Both the position numbers and the translations under genes were made by a program. From IMG/VR virus record IMGVR_UViG_2718218452_000012: a stretch of DNA of 64,000 nucleotides; one strand, given 5' to 3'. Below, in pieces: positions 37,320 to 46,637 of this stretch. How positions within the stretch are numbered: position 1 is the first letter of the stretch; every line of letters starts with the position of its first letter. The notes below the pieces were generated by a model that had not been told where the DNA came from, ran no database searches, and worked only from the letters and a program-made list of their open reading frames with translations. This DNA comes from a virus. Taxonomy: Duplodnaviria > Heunggongvirae > Uroviricota > Caudoviricetes.

Positions 37320-38925
37320 TAGGCTATTTACCATAACGCCTCATTACGCGCACCGCCCAGACTGACTCAGCGCGTTTCTGGCATATCCCCGGTAAAACAA
37401 GTAACAAACCACCCGAAAATGAACACCAGAAACGCGACTTAAGAATCTACCCTATGAATGGATATGCACTCAACCGAATCGATCTTGGTTTCAATCTATT
37501 TTATCGGGATCAGGCTTCTTTTTAGGTAACTTCGGGGGCTTAACTTGCTGATGACTTTGCGTTCGGCGCGTAGGCCAGGGATGGTCAGCTTTAGATTTAA
37601 CATAGTATTTTGAGCGTAAATCAATACGGGCATTATCCACTCGTTCATGGACACTCTTTTCATCATCCAGTGGTATAGGCTCCGGGCCATCAACATACTT
37701 TTCCCAGCCCAGCGCTTTCCCGTCATACAGAACGTTAATTTCACCGTCAAAGTTCTCACATACAGTAACAACCGAATGCCTAAGTCGATATCCCCGGCCC
37801 TCACTGCGTACCTGAAACGCACTGCTTTTGTACTGGAAAGTGAGATTTTTAGACAGAACGCGCTTCGCCTGTAGGCTGAAGATATAACCCAGTTCCTCTT
37901 CAGAATGGTGCACATCAAGATGAGCATTATCAGTAGTACGAGGCGACGTAGCGAACCGGTTGTTATAGGCTTCAATAAAGGTCGGCAACCATGCATTTGC
38001 TGTTTCAATATCACTGATATTCTGAAGCCACATTTCTTTGACCAGCCTGTCCTGTAGTGTCTGATTGGCGCGCTCTACCCGCCCTTTTGCCTGCGGGCTG
38101 TTGGCATGGATTGGCTCGATGCCCAGTGTCTTTATCGCACGAGTGAACTGGGTCAGCTCACCTTCCCGCTCTGGGTTATTTACCCTGAATATACTGTGTC
38201 TATCAGAGTAGAGAGCGAGCGGTACGCCATGATCATTAAGGTAACCCCGGAGGGTTTCCATGTAAGCCCGGGTTGTTTCAGCAGGCACAAAACGCAACGC
38301 CATCAACGCACTGGTGGCATCATCAATGAAAACGATCAGTGTACATCTGGGGCCTCGATTTTCAAACCAGTCATGAGGTGAGCCATCAATCTGGATCAGT
38401 TCACCGTAAGATGGTCGTCGCATGCGGCGTTGATATATACGGGCAATTTTACGACGGCGTTCACGCCATAACCCCTCTTCTATCATCCACTTTCTGAGAG
38501 TTTCAACGGATAAAGATAAACCGTGTATCTCGCGCAATTTTTCGCACGCAAACGTAGGTCCAAAATCAGCGTAACGGCCTTTGAGGAGTGAAATTACTGT
38601 TGCTCTGAATTCAGTAGAAAAGGAATTATTAGGACGCTTTCCACGTCGGTGGGAAACCAGACCAGAAGGCCCTTCATTTCTATACCGTTGCACCAGACGT
38701 TTAACCTGCCGAATAGAAATGCCAATGCGTGCCGCAGCTTGTTCCTGAGTAATATGTCGATTAATTGACTCCTGAATAATCTGAAGTCGGTGGAGTTCCT
38801 TATGACTCATCGTAACAGTCTCTTTGATCATGAAAAATCCCCCAGAGAATTGTCTGGGGACATTTTAGAATGGTTCAAAGGGGACATTACAGCTTGATGT
38901 TAACAATAGCCTGCTTCTCCTTGCC
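37320..38925 (-). mobile_element. insertion sequence (DDE/rve transposase, IS481/ISNCY-like); boundaries approximate
   Basis: Single transposase ORF; right boundary inferred at about 38925 where homology to the duplicated arm at 48488 breaks; left boundary not resolved. Confidence 0.45.
37491..38810 (-). CDS. IS transposase with N-terminal HTH and rve (DDE) integrase-core domain
   Basis: 446-aa ORF; DDE-like residues around IDGS, YSDRHSIF and GRVERANQ; start moved to MSHKELHRL. Confidence 0.75.
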   Translation of the reverse strand: MSHKELHRLQIIQESINRHITQEQAAARIGISIRQVKRLVQRYRNEGPSGLVSHRRGKRPNNSFSTEFRATVISLLKGRYADFGPTFACEKLREIHGLSLSVETLRKWMIEEGLWRERRRKIARIYQRRMRRPSYGELIQIDGSPHDWFENRGPRCTLIVFIDDATSALMALRFVPAETTRAYMETLRGYLNDHGVPLALYSDRHSIFRVNNPEREGELTQFTRAIKTLGIEPIHANSPQAKGRVERANQTLQDRLVKEMWLQNISDIETANAWLPTFIEAYNNRFATSPRTTDNAHLDVHHSEEELGYIFSLQAKRVLSKNLTFQYKSSAFQVRSEGRGYRLRHSVVTVCENFDGEINVLYDGKALGWEKYVDGPEPIPLDDEKSVHERVDNARIDLRSKYYVKSKADHPWPTRRTQSHQQVKPPKLPKKKPDPDKID

Positions 38926-39284
38926 TTCCGGCACTCGCGACAGATTATGTTTAGACGACTGTCGTAGCGACGTATTTCTCCGTCAGGTAATGACCAGATA
39001 AGGTCCGGATCAACCACAGCAGGTTTCTTCACCTTTGCCCTCGAGAGTTTTTTGCGGGCGTTTTGCCAGTCCTTACGCGCCTGTTCAGACGGGAATAACC
39101 CGTAACCAGAGCTGTATACATCGCCACTGGCAACCAGCTCTCTGGCCAGAACGCTCATCAGATATCTTGTTGCCCCAGTTTTAGCTTCCAGTTGTCGTAA
39201 CGTCTCGCGCCCACTCTGGCGTACGAGTTCCACCACCTGCCCTTTAATTTTTTCCCGCTCTTCTTGTGTAAAAACTTTTGCCAC
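38865..39284 (-). pseudogene. phage early protein (paralog of 48129..48551) with C-terminus replaced by IS-derived sequence
   Basis: First about 120 aa match the 140-aa paralog; last about 19 aa diverge exactly where DNA homology ends at IS boundary. Confidence 0.6.
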
Positions 39285-39324
39285 AAGTCCTCCTGAACAT
39301 TACTTTATACCCTAAAATCAACAC

Positions 39325-40290
39325 TTATCCCCTGAAACCAGGCGGAATTTCTGTATCCGGTTCAGAAATATGATTCACACAACGCTTTACAGGTGAACGT
39401 CCCAGGCGGATGACCAGTTCGTCCCATTTTTCGCGGAGTTTTGACGGGCTCATGATGTTTTTTACCCAGAATTGATCTCGCTGTACCCGACCAAACATTT
39501 CGCAAATTTGTCTGTGGCTTCTGCCATCCAGCATCCGCATTGTGCGCACGTCATTGGCCCAGGCTGTCCAGTTAGGCTCTTTTGGTCGCATGATCTCTCC
39601 ATCGTCGCTGGCAGCCTGTTCGTAAAGGTTCACGATCCGCCCCCAAATCCACTGCGCACACGCCAAATCCTCCCTGCTACCCCACTGGCGTTTTTTCGCA
39701 CTAAACACAACCGCGTCGGGGTTCCGGGTTAAAAAATCCTGTTCAGCGGTCTGCGGGTCCGGTTGCGAAGCTTCCGGACGAAAAGTGTTTTTATTCTCTG
39801 TAGTAATCTCTGTTGTATTCTCTGTAAGATCATCAGGCCATTTTGACCCGATGACATTGGGTCGTTTTGAACCAATGGAGCGTTTCATTTTGACCTCTTC
39901 CATCGTGTCATTTTGACCTGATGGAGCGGCGCATTTTAAACCGATGGATTCGCTCAATTTGCCACCATCTAAAAGCTCGCTCCCGTAGTTGATCGTGTAG
40001 AAATTGGTCATATCGCGCTTTGATTTATTGAGCTTTTCACAACGCAAAAGCCCCAGCGTTTTCAGACTTGCAAACGCGCGCTTTAACGTTGACTCTGACC
40101 AGAATGGGAACTGTTCCAGCCATTGTTCCGTTGTGTTGTAAATCCAGCGAACACCATCACATTCCATGCCGGAATTGGTATCTCTCAACCAGTAATGCAA
40201 CTGCTGCAACACAATGGCTTCATTTAAGCCAATCTTCATCGCAAGCTGTGTGTTTATAACCAGTGGGCGTTCAGCAAAAAGAAGGCTCAT
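39325..40290 (-). CDS. phage replication initiation protein (O-like replisome organiser), copy 1
   Basis: ORF 39325..40344; start moved to ATG overlapping upstream gene; position after Cro-like/YdaT-like genes; about 96 percent identical to copy 2. Confidence 0.55.
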   Translation of the reverse strand: MSLLFAERPLVINTQLAMKIGLNEAIVLQQLHYWLRDTNSGMECDGVRWIYNTTEQWLEQFPFWSESTLKRAFASLKTLGLLRCEKLNKSKRDMTNFYTINYGSELLDGGKLSESIGLKCAAPSGQNDTMEEVKMKRSIGSKRPNVIGSKWPDDLTENTTEITTENKNTFRPEASQPDPQTAEQDFLTRNPDAVVFSAKKRQWGSREDLACAQWIWGRIVNLYEQAASDDGEIMRPKEPNWTAWANDVRTMRMLDGRSHRQICEMFGRVQRDQFWVKNIMSPSKLREKWDELVIRLGRSPVKRCVNHISEPDTEIPPGFRG

Positions 40291-40792
40291 AATTCCATCC
40301 AGCTTTTTGTTGGTATTGCTGTCGATACGCAAGTTTGAAAGCAATTGCTTTTTCTATAAGTTCGTCAGTTTCACGATCCACTACGGCAGGATCAGCAAAA
40401 AGCAGTCCGGACTCCACCACATCGCCATATTCTTTGTTTAACCCGGCGATCATGTACGTGATGCTTTTTCCGTCACTAATTTCACGATACAACCTGAAAT
40501 CATTAATCCGAATAGCCTCCATAATTGCAGGCACTAGCGCCGTGAACTTTTCACGCTTATCCCTGGTGTCGATAGCCTTCCAGCGTTCGAATATCTTCAC
40601 TCGATTAACGCCAAGTGCTCGCTGATCAACCGCGCCACCTTCATCTGTGACACGCTGAACATCGATGTTCGGGCGCTCTTTCAAAGCCCAGAATGCTTCA
40701 GTGATTAATATCGTCGCCTGCTCCTGTGTCATTCCTGGTCGACATATCCAGGCATCCAGAGCCTCACGAGCCTGTTCAGGAGTGATTTTCAT
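40271..40792 (-). CDS. YdaT-like phage early protein (cII position), copy 1
   Basis: 173-aa ORF translationally coupled (ATGA) to Cro-like gene; resembles YdaT as recalled. Confidence 0.45.
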   Translation of the reverse strand: MKITPEQAREALDAWICRPGMTQEQATILITEAFWALKERPNIDVQRVTDEGGAVDQRALGVNRVKIFERWKAIDTRDKREKFTALVPAIMEAIRINDFRLYREISDGKSITYMIAGLNKEYGDVVESGLLFADPAVVDRETDELIEKAIAFKLAYRQQYQQKAGWNYEPSFC

Positions 40793-41003
40793 TGTTCAAC
40801 CGCCCCGCCCGCTTCGTCTTACGATATTCGTCATAAACCTTGGGATCATACAGAAGCTCGCCGCCAGATGCCTCCTGTAGACGCATCGCGCGACCTTCAG
40901 GAACCAGCTCTTGCCATTGAGAAACAGCAGATGGGTCAACGCCAGCAGCTTTCGCTACTTTGGCTTTCGTACCGTAAAAATTAATTACGTCTGATTTAAA
41001 CAT
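40776..41003 (-). CDS. Cro/DicC-like HTH regulator, heteroimmune allele, copy 1
   Basis: C-terminal 50 aa identical to DicC, N-terminal DNA-binding part different; divergent from repressor gene. Confidence 0.65.
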   Translation of the reverse strand: MFKSDVINFYGTKAKVAKAAGVDPSAVSQWQELVPEGRAMRLQEASGGELLYDPKVYDEYRKTKRAGRLNNENHS

Positions 41004-41080
41004 CGCACCTCCAATATTGAGTTTTCTCAATGCTAATCACTCAAGGAATCTCAAGTCAAGGGTTATTAAGATATCTAAAT
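41004..41080. promoter_or_regulatory. divergent promoter/operator region of immunity module 1
   Basis: Intergenic region between divergent repressor and cro-like genes containing palindrome TTGAGTTTTCTCAA. Confidence 0.5.
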
Positions 41081-41488
41081 ATGAACGAGAAAACTTTAGG
41101 TCAACGCATTAGAGAAAGACGTAAGCAGGTAGGCTTAAGTCAAAACGGTTTAAGCAAAGCTGCTGGCGTATCTGGCTCATCAATTTCATTATGGGAAAGT
41201 GACCATACAGCCCCGCGCGGGCAAAATTTGCATCGCCTCGCCGAGGTATTGCAATGTTCACCAACTTGGATACTGTTTGGCGACGAGGACAAAACACCAG
41301 CTCCCCCTGTTTCACTCGATAGTGCCTTAGACTTATCGGAAGATGAGTTAGAGATGCTGCGTTTGTATCGCGCACTTCCTAAATCAGAGCAACAAGCACA
41401 ACTCAGCGAACTCCGCGCCCGCGTTGAGAATTTTAATCGCCTGTTCACCGAGCTATTAGAGGCTCGCAAACGCAACAAGCATCAATAA
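41081..41488 (+). CDS. DicA-like XRE-family repressor, heteroimmune allele, copy 1
   Basis: 135-aa form starting MNEKTLGQRIRERRK; HTH_XRE N-terminus; C-terminal region similar to DicA. Confidence 0.75.
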   Translation: MNEKTLGQRIRERRKQVGLSQNGLSKAAGVSGSSISLWESDHTAPRGQNLHRLAEVLQCSPTWILFGDEDKTPAPPVSLDSALDLSEDELEMLRLYRALPKSEQQAQLSELRARVENFNRLFTELLEARKRNKHQ

Positions 41489-41680
41489 TCATCCCTTCAC
41501 AAAATTTTAAAGCCTTACATTTCAATGTATTGGCTTTATCTTGCGCCAACACTTGAGTTTTCTAATCAAAAAACCTTGACGAAAAATAATGAGAAAACTA
41601 AATTACCTCCATCAAGACACCGCACGGTGTTCTCAGCAAACAGTTCCGCTACCCCGGCGTTAAGGGGAAATGAGGTCAGC

Positions 41681-41836
41681 ATGGATACTATCGATCTTGG
41701 CAACAGCGAATCTCTGGTATGTGGCGTGTTCCCCAACCAGGACGGCACGTTCACCGCGATGACGTATACCAAAAGCAAAACGTTTAAAACCGAAAATGGT
41801 GCCCGTCGCTGGCTGGAAAGAAACTCAGGTGAGTGA
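41681..41836 (+). CDS. ydfA: YdfA
   Basis: 51-aa MDTIDLGNSESLVCGVFPNQDGTF.. within ORF 41525..41836. Confidence 0.7.
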   Translation: MDTIDLGNSESLVCGVFPNQDGTFTAMTYTKSKTFKTENGARRWLERNSGE

Positions 41837-41837
41837 T

Positions 41838-42413
41838 ATGGATTTCGACACAATCATGGAAAAGGCTTACGAAGAATACTTCGAAGGCCTTGCCGAAGGC
41901 GAAGAAGCTCTCAGCTTCAGTGAGTTTAAACAGGCACTCAGAATAAGAATGTGCTCTCACAATGACGCGGAGCACAAATATGAGAAGCAAAATCAGACCG
42001 CAGAAAATTTTGTTCTGGAACCCGGAGAAACGCTTTTCAAAATTCCCGTTACGTGCCCCATTTGCGGTTTTACATCAGAAGAACTTGACGACTCCTGTAA
42101 CAATCAGGAAACAACCAAGTATGTCGAAGATGATACCGAGTGCGCACGAAGAACGATTATATCCACGAGTCCAAACTCCAGGACCAATAAATCTCACTAT
42201 GAGAGGGTGATTAATCCACTCCCCCAAACCAATAAAAAAGATGCCGGAGGACAAAAAACCCAATGGAACAACGGGATATCTGTCAAAAAAAGACGTTCCA
42301 TTAAAGACAAACAACGCAGCGCCAACAACTGTAAGAGCTTTATACCAGTAATCAATTTTCATGTTCTTAAGCGGATTTATTGGTGGTTGCGACATTGCTT
42401 AATGAATCCTTAA
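41838..42413 (+). CDS. YdfB-like protein with long C-terminal extension containing CPICG zinc-ribbon motif
   Basis: First 33 aa identical to 42-aa YdfB, then continues for about 190 aa total in place of ydfC. Confidence 0.5.
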   Translation: MDFDTIMEKAYEEYFEGLAEGEEALSFSEFKQALRIRMCSHNDAEHKYEKQNQTAENFVLEPGETLFKIPVTCPICGFTSEELDDSCNNQETTKYVEDDTECARRTIISTSPNSRTNKSHYERVINPLPQTNKKDAGGQKTQWNNGISVKKRRSIKDKQRSANNCKSFIPVINFHVLKRIYWWLRHCLMNP

Positions 42414-42672
42414 AACTGTGGTGATTTTAAGGATACCACCTCGCCTGACGTGGTTAAAAGCAGGCACACAACACGAAAGCGCACGGCGAAGTTCGTCTCA
42501 CTGTACGGTGTCGTTAAATTTAATTCGACCGTGCGCTTCCGGTTGTGGCAACCCGCAAAATGGCGCGGCGGTAAGTATGGCGGGGTTATTCCTTCCCCGT
42601 TGAGGACACCGGGTTGTCAGGTTGACCATACGCTTAAGTGACAACCCCGCTGCAACGCCCTCTGTTATCAAT

Positions 42673-42725
42673 TTTCTGGTGACGTTTGGCGGTATCAGTT
42701 TTACTCCGTGACTGCTCTGCCGCCC
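42673..42725 (+). ncRNA. dicF: DicF small RNA (ftsZ-targeting sRNA), copy 1
   Basis: 53-nt sequence TTTCTGGTGACGTTTGGCGGTATCAGTTTTACTCCGTGACTGCTCTGCCGCCC followed by T-run, matching DicF as recalled; upstream of dicB. Confidence 0.8.
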
Positions 42726-42899
42726 TTTTTAAAGTGAATTTTGTGATGCGGTGAATACGGCTAAGCGCACGCGGAACAGTTAAAACCAAAAACAGTGTTA
42801 TGGGTGGATTCTCTGTATCCGACGTTAATTGTTAACTGGTTAACGTCACCTGGAGGCACCAGGCACTGCATCACAAAATTCATTGTTGAGGACGCGATA

Positions 42900-43088
42900 A
42901 TGAAAACGTTATTACCAAACGTTAATACGTCTGAAGGTTGTTTTGAAATTGGTGTCACTATCAGTAACCCTGTATTTACTGAAGATGCCATTAACAAGAG
43001 AAAACAAGAACGGGAGCTATTAAATAAAATATGCATTGTTTCAATGCTGGCTCGTTTACGTCTGATGCCAAAAGGATGTGCACAATGA
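42900..43088 (+). CDS. dicB: cell division inhibitor DicB, copy 1
   Basis: 62-aa MKTLLPNVNTSEGCFEIGVTISNPVFTEDAINKRKQERELLNKICIVSMLARLRLMPKGCAQ. Confidence 0.85.
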   Translation: MKTLLPNVNTSEGCFEIGVTISNPVFTEDAINKRKQERELLNKICIVSMLARLRLMPKGCAQ

Positions 43089-43276
43089 ATTCAGCATTTG
43101 CGCTTGTTCTGACAGTTTTTCTTGTTTCCGGAGTGCCAGTTGATATTGCAGTCAGTGTTCACAGGACAATGCAGGAGTGTATGACTGCAGCAACCGAACA
43201 GAAAATTCCCGGTAACTGTTACCCGGTCGATAAAGTTATTCACCAGGATAATATCGAAATCCCGGCAGGTCTTTAA
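43085..43276 (+). CDS. ydfD: YdfD-like small membrane/lysis protein, copy 1
   Basis: 63-aa ORF with N-terminal hydrophobic segment, overlapping dicB stop. Confidence 0.55.
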   Translation: MNSAFALVLTVFLVSGVPVDIAVSVHRTMQECMTAATEQKIPGNCYPVDKVIHQDNIEIPAGL

Positions 43277-43368
43277 AACAGTTCCGTAATAAATATCCGG
43301 TTTCATTCTTATATGCCAGCAATGGCAGGGATTTGTTCATCCTTAAATCTGTCATGAGGTTAAAACAA

Positions 43369-43773
43369 ATGAGTAAAGTCTTTATTTGCGCCGCTATTCC
43401 TGACGAACTGGCAACAAGGGAAGAAGGCGCTGTGGCTGTAGCCACAGCCATTGAAGCTGGCGACGAACGCCGTGCTCGAGCAAAATTTCACTGGCAATTC
43501 CTGGAACATTATCCGGCTGCTCAGGACTGCGCTTATAAATTTATTGTCTGCGAGGATAAACCTGGCATACCCCGCCCTGCCCTCGATTCATGGGATGCTG
43601 AATATATGCAGGAAAACCGCTGGGATGAGGAGTCTGCTTCTTTTGTCCCGGTTGAGACTGAATCCGATCCGATGAACGTCACTTTTGACAAGCTGGCCCC
43701 TGAAGTACAGAACGCTGTCATGGTTAAGTTCGACACATGTGAAAACATCACCGTTGATATGGTTATTAGCGCA
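43369..43773 (+). pseudogene. ydfE: ydfE-like gene truncated at palindrome centre, copy 1
   Basis: ORF MSKVFICAAIPDEL.. runs into the symmetry centre at 43773/43774; sequence beyond is the reverse complement of itself. Confidence 0.6.
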
Positions 43774-44178
43774 TGCGCTAATAACCATATCAACGGTGAT
43801 GTTTTCACATGTGTCGAACTTAACCATGACAGCGTTCTGTACTTCAGGGGCCAGCTTGTCAAAAGTGACGTTCATCGGATCGGATTCAGTCTCAACCGGG
43901 ACAAAAGAAGCAGACTCCTCATCCCAGCGGTTTTCCTGCATATATTCAGCATCCCATGAATCGAGGGCAGGGCGGGGTATGCCAGGTTTATCCTCGCAGA
44001 CAATAAATTTATAAGCGCAGTCCTGAGCAGCCGGATAATGTTCCAGGAATTGCCAGTGAAATTTTGCTCGAGCACGGCGTTCGTCGCCAGCTTCAATGGC
44101 TGTGGCTACAGCCACAGCGCCTTCTTCCCTTGTTGCCAGTTCGTCAGGAATAGCGGCGCAAATAAAGACTTTACTCAT
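43774..44178 (-). pseudogene. ydfE: ydfE-like gene truncated at palindrome centre, copy 2
   Basis: Mirror image of 43369..43773. Confidence 0.6.
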
Positions 44179-44270
44179 TTGTTTTAACCTCATGACAGAT
44201 TTAAGGATGAACAAATCCCTGCCATTGCTGGCATATAAGAATGAAACCGGATATTTATTACGGAACTGTT

Positions 44271-44462
44271 TTAAAGACCTGCCGGGATTTCGATATTATC
44301 CTGGTGAATAACTTTATCGACCGGGTAACAGTTACCGGGAATTTTCTGTTCGGTTGCTGCAGTCATACACTACTGCATTGTCCTGTGAACACTGACTGCA
44401 ATATCAACTGGCTCTCCGGAAACAAGAAAAACTGTCAGAACAAGCACAAATGCTGAATTCAT
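44271..44462 (-). CDS. ydfD: YdfD-like small protein, copy 2
   Basis: Mirror of 43085..43276. Confidence 0.55.
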
Positions 44463-44647
44463 TGTGCACATCCTTTTGGCATCAGACGTAAACGAGCCAG
44501 CATTGAAACAATGCATATTTTATTTAATAGCTCCCGTTCTTGTTTTCTCTTGTTAATGGCATCTTCAGTAAATACTGGGTTACTGATAGTGACACCAATT
44601 TCAAAACAACCTTCAGACGTATTAACGTTTGGTAATAACGTTTTCAT
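44459..44647 (-). CDS. dicB: cell division inhibitor DicB, copy 2
   Basis: Identical 62-aa DicB within ORF 44459..44752. Confidence 0.85.
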   Translation of the reverse strand: MKTLLPNVNTSEGCFEIGVTISNPVFTEDAINKRKQERELLNKICIVSMLARLRLMPKGCAQ

Positions 44648-44821
44648 TATCGCGTCCTCAACAATGAATTTTGTGATGCAGTGCCTGGTGCCTCCAGGTG
44701 ACGTTAACCAGTTAACAATTAACGCCGGATACAGAGAATCCACCCATAACACTGTTTTTGGTTTTAACTGTTCCGCGTGCGCTCAGCCGCATTCACCACA
44801 TCACAAAATTCACTTTAAAAA

Positions 44822-44874
44822 GGGCGGCAGAGCAGTCACGGAGTAAAACTGATACCGCCAAACGTCACCAGAAA
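44822..44874 (-). ncRNA. dicF: DicF small RNA, copy 2
   Basis: Reverse complement of the 53-nt DicF sequence. Confidence 0.8.
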
Positions 44875-45215
44875 ATTGATAACAGAGGGCGTTGCAGCGG
44901 GGTTGTCACTTAAGCGTATGGTCAACCTGACAACCCGGTGTCCTCAACGGGGGAAGGAATAACCCCGCCATACTTACCGCCGCGCCATTTCGCGGATTGC
45001 CACAACCGGAAGCGCACGGTCGACGAAAATTTAACGACAGGCTATCTATGAACCAGCTACCTCGCCGTGCGCTTTCGCGTTATGGTCTGACTTTTCAGGG
45101 AAATATCCTTTCAGTAAACTGTCAGTGCCGGATGCTCACCCGTGTCCGGCGCACGCACTCCACCTCATCCGTGGAGAACTCCTTAATTACCAACCTTAGC
45201 TTCGTTGGTTAGCTA

Positions 45216-45434
45216 TTAACGCGGGTATGTAATCATTCTGGCAATGCTTAATGTCGCTGCTTTTTCCAGATTAGTGATATCCTGCTCCAGAGCGGACAGA
45301 TTTTCAGCCTGCTTAGCCCTGGCTTCATTGGCCCATTTCAGATCCTGCGCTGCATTAATTTTCTGGCGCATCCACTCATAAAGTTCATCATCGGTATAGT
45401 CTGGCGCGATGATGACGGGTTCTCGTTTCTGCAT
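45216..45434 (-). CDS. ydfC: YdfC
   Basis: 72-aa ORF MQKREPVIIAPDYTDDELYEWMRQKINAAQ.. downstream of ydfB; absent from arm 1. Confidence 0.65.
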   Translation of the reverse strand: MQKREPVIIAPDYTDDELYEWMRQKINAAQDLKWANEARAKQAENLSALEQDITNLEKAATLSIARMITYPR

Positions 45435-45463
45435 ACTGATTCCTCGCGGTGCTGTTTCGCTTA

Positions 45464-45592
45464 TCAGCCGTTAGATTTTGCCGAACTGGAAAGTGCCTGT
45501 TTAAATTCGCTGAAGCTGAGAGCTTCTTCGCCTTCGGCAAGACCTTCGAAGTATTCTTCGTAAGCCTTTTCCATGATTGTGTCGAAATCCAT
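45464..45592 (-). CDS. ydfB: YdfB
   Basis: 42-aa ORF MDFDTIMEKAYEEYFEGLAEGEEALSFSEFKQALSSSAKSNG (below ORF-track cutoff). Confidence 0.65.
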   Translation of the reverse strand: MDFDTIMEKAYEEYFEGLAEGEEALSFSEFKQALSSSAKSNG

Positions 45593-45593
45593 A

Positions 45594-45749
45594 TCACCCA
45601 CCTGAATTTCTTTCCAGCCAGCGACGCGCTCCAGATTCGGTTTTAAACGTTTTGCTTTTGGTATACGTCATCGCGGTGAACGTACCGTCCTGGTTGGGGA
45701 ACACGCCACATACCAGAGATTCGCTGTTGCCAAGATCGATAGTATCCAT
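45594..45749 (-). CDS. ydfA: YdfA, copy 2
   Basis: 51-aa MDTIDLGNSESLV.. within ORF 45594..45803; 2 substitutions vs copy 1. Confidence 0.7.
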   Translation of the reverse strand: MDTIDLGNSESLVCGVFPNQDGTFTAMTYTKSKTFKTESGARRWLERNSGG

Positions 45750-45915
45750 GTTGACCTCATTTCCCCTTAACGCCGGGGTAGCGGAACTGTTTGCTGAGAA
45801 CACCGTGCGGTGTGTTGATGCAAATAAGATTAGCCATGGCTAACATATAGGTCAAGTAATTTTGTATGTTATGGCTAACATGATTGATGTGGTAAAAGAT
45901 AACTCATTGATGATG

Positions 45916-46323
45916 TTATCTTTTATTTGTCCGCTGACGGGCTTTTAGTAATTCTTCAAAGAGTTTATTGAAGTTTTTTACTCGAGCTCGCATTTCGGCG
46001 AGCTGGGTATCCTGTTCTGATTCTGGCAGTGCATTAAACAGCTCAAGGAGCTCTAGTTCTTTGGGGGATAAGGCAACTGGCTTCTCAACAGGTGGTGTTG
46101 GTTGCTTGTCTTCATCGCCAAATAGAATCCATGTTGGTGAGCATTGCAATACTTTGCTGAGGGCAAAAAGGTTCTTCCCTGTAGGTTCACTATCATCCCG
46201 TTCCCATTGTGATACAGACACATGGGAGATTTTCAGGGCTTTAGCAAGAGACCTTTGGGTGTGTTTGAGGTTTTTCCGACGATACCTAATGCGTTCGCCG
46301 ATAGTTAAATTTTTTGTTTCCAT
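45916..46323 (-). CDS. dicA: DicA repressor (XRE family)
   Basis: 135-aa METKNLTIGERIRYRRKNLKHTQRSLAKALKISHVSVSQWERDD.., recalled as DicA. Confidence 0.85.
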   Translation of the reverse strand: METKNLTIGERIRYRRKNLKHTQRSLAKALKISHVSVSQWERDDSEPTGKNLFALSKVLQCSPTWILFGDEDKQPTPPVEKPVALSPKELELLELFNALPESEQDTQLAEMRARVKNFNKLFEELLKARQRTNKR

Positions 46324-46406
46324 AGTTAGCTAATGCTAAATCGTATTGACTATGTTTTTGTTAACATCTATTTTGTTAGTCATGACTAACAATAAAGGTG
46401 TTTTAA
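46324..46406. promoter_or_regulatory. dicA/dicC divergent promoter-operator region
   Basis: Intergenic region with palindromes TTAGCTAA and GTTAGTCATGACTAAC between divergent repressor genes. Confidence 0.55.
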
Positions 46407-46637
46407 ATGCTTAAAACTGACGCTCTTTTGTATTTCGGTTCAAAAACAAAACTTGCACAAGCAGCAGGTATTCGTTTGGCTTCGCTTTATAGCTGGAAAG
46501 GGGATTTAGTTCCCGAAGGTCGCGCGATGCGTCTACAGGAGGCATCTGGCGGGGAGCTTCAGTATGATCCCAAAGTTTATGATGAATATCGTAAGACGAA
46601 GCGGGCGGGGCGGTTGAACAATGAAAATCACTCCTGA
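46407..46637 (+). CDS. dicC: DicC (Cro-like regulator)
   Basis: 76-aa MLKTDALLYFGSKTKLAQAAGIRLASLYSWKGDLVPEGRAMRLQEASGGELQYD.., recalled as DicC. Confidence 0.8.
   Translation: MLKTDALLYFGSKTKLAQAAGIRLASLYSWKGDLVPEGRAMRLQEASGGELQYDPKVYDEYRKTKRAGRLNNENHS

Larger units (their letters stand above)
43136..44411. repeat. perfect spacer-less palindrome (inverted duplication core), centre between 43773 and 43774
   Basis: Mirrored ORF pairs encode identical proteins with coordinate sums of 87547; centre sequence GGTTATTAGCGCATGCGCTAATAACC; first mirrored mismatches at about 43101 and 43134. Confidence 0.8.

Noticed and set aside
37496..38014. 172-aa ORF overlapping the transposase gene in another frame
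   Set aside because: Fully nested within the 446-aa transposase ORF; no independent support
43333..44214. Two 208-aa ORFs that read through the palindrome centre
   Set aside because: Their C-terminal halves are the reverse complement of their own N-terminal halves; the real unit is a ydfE-like gene truncated at the centre in each arm
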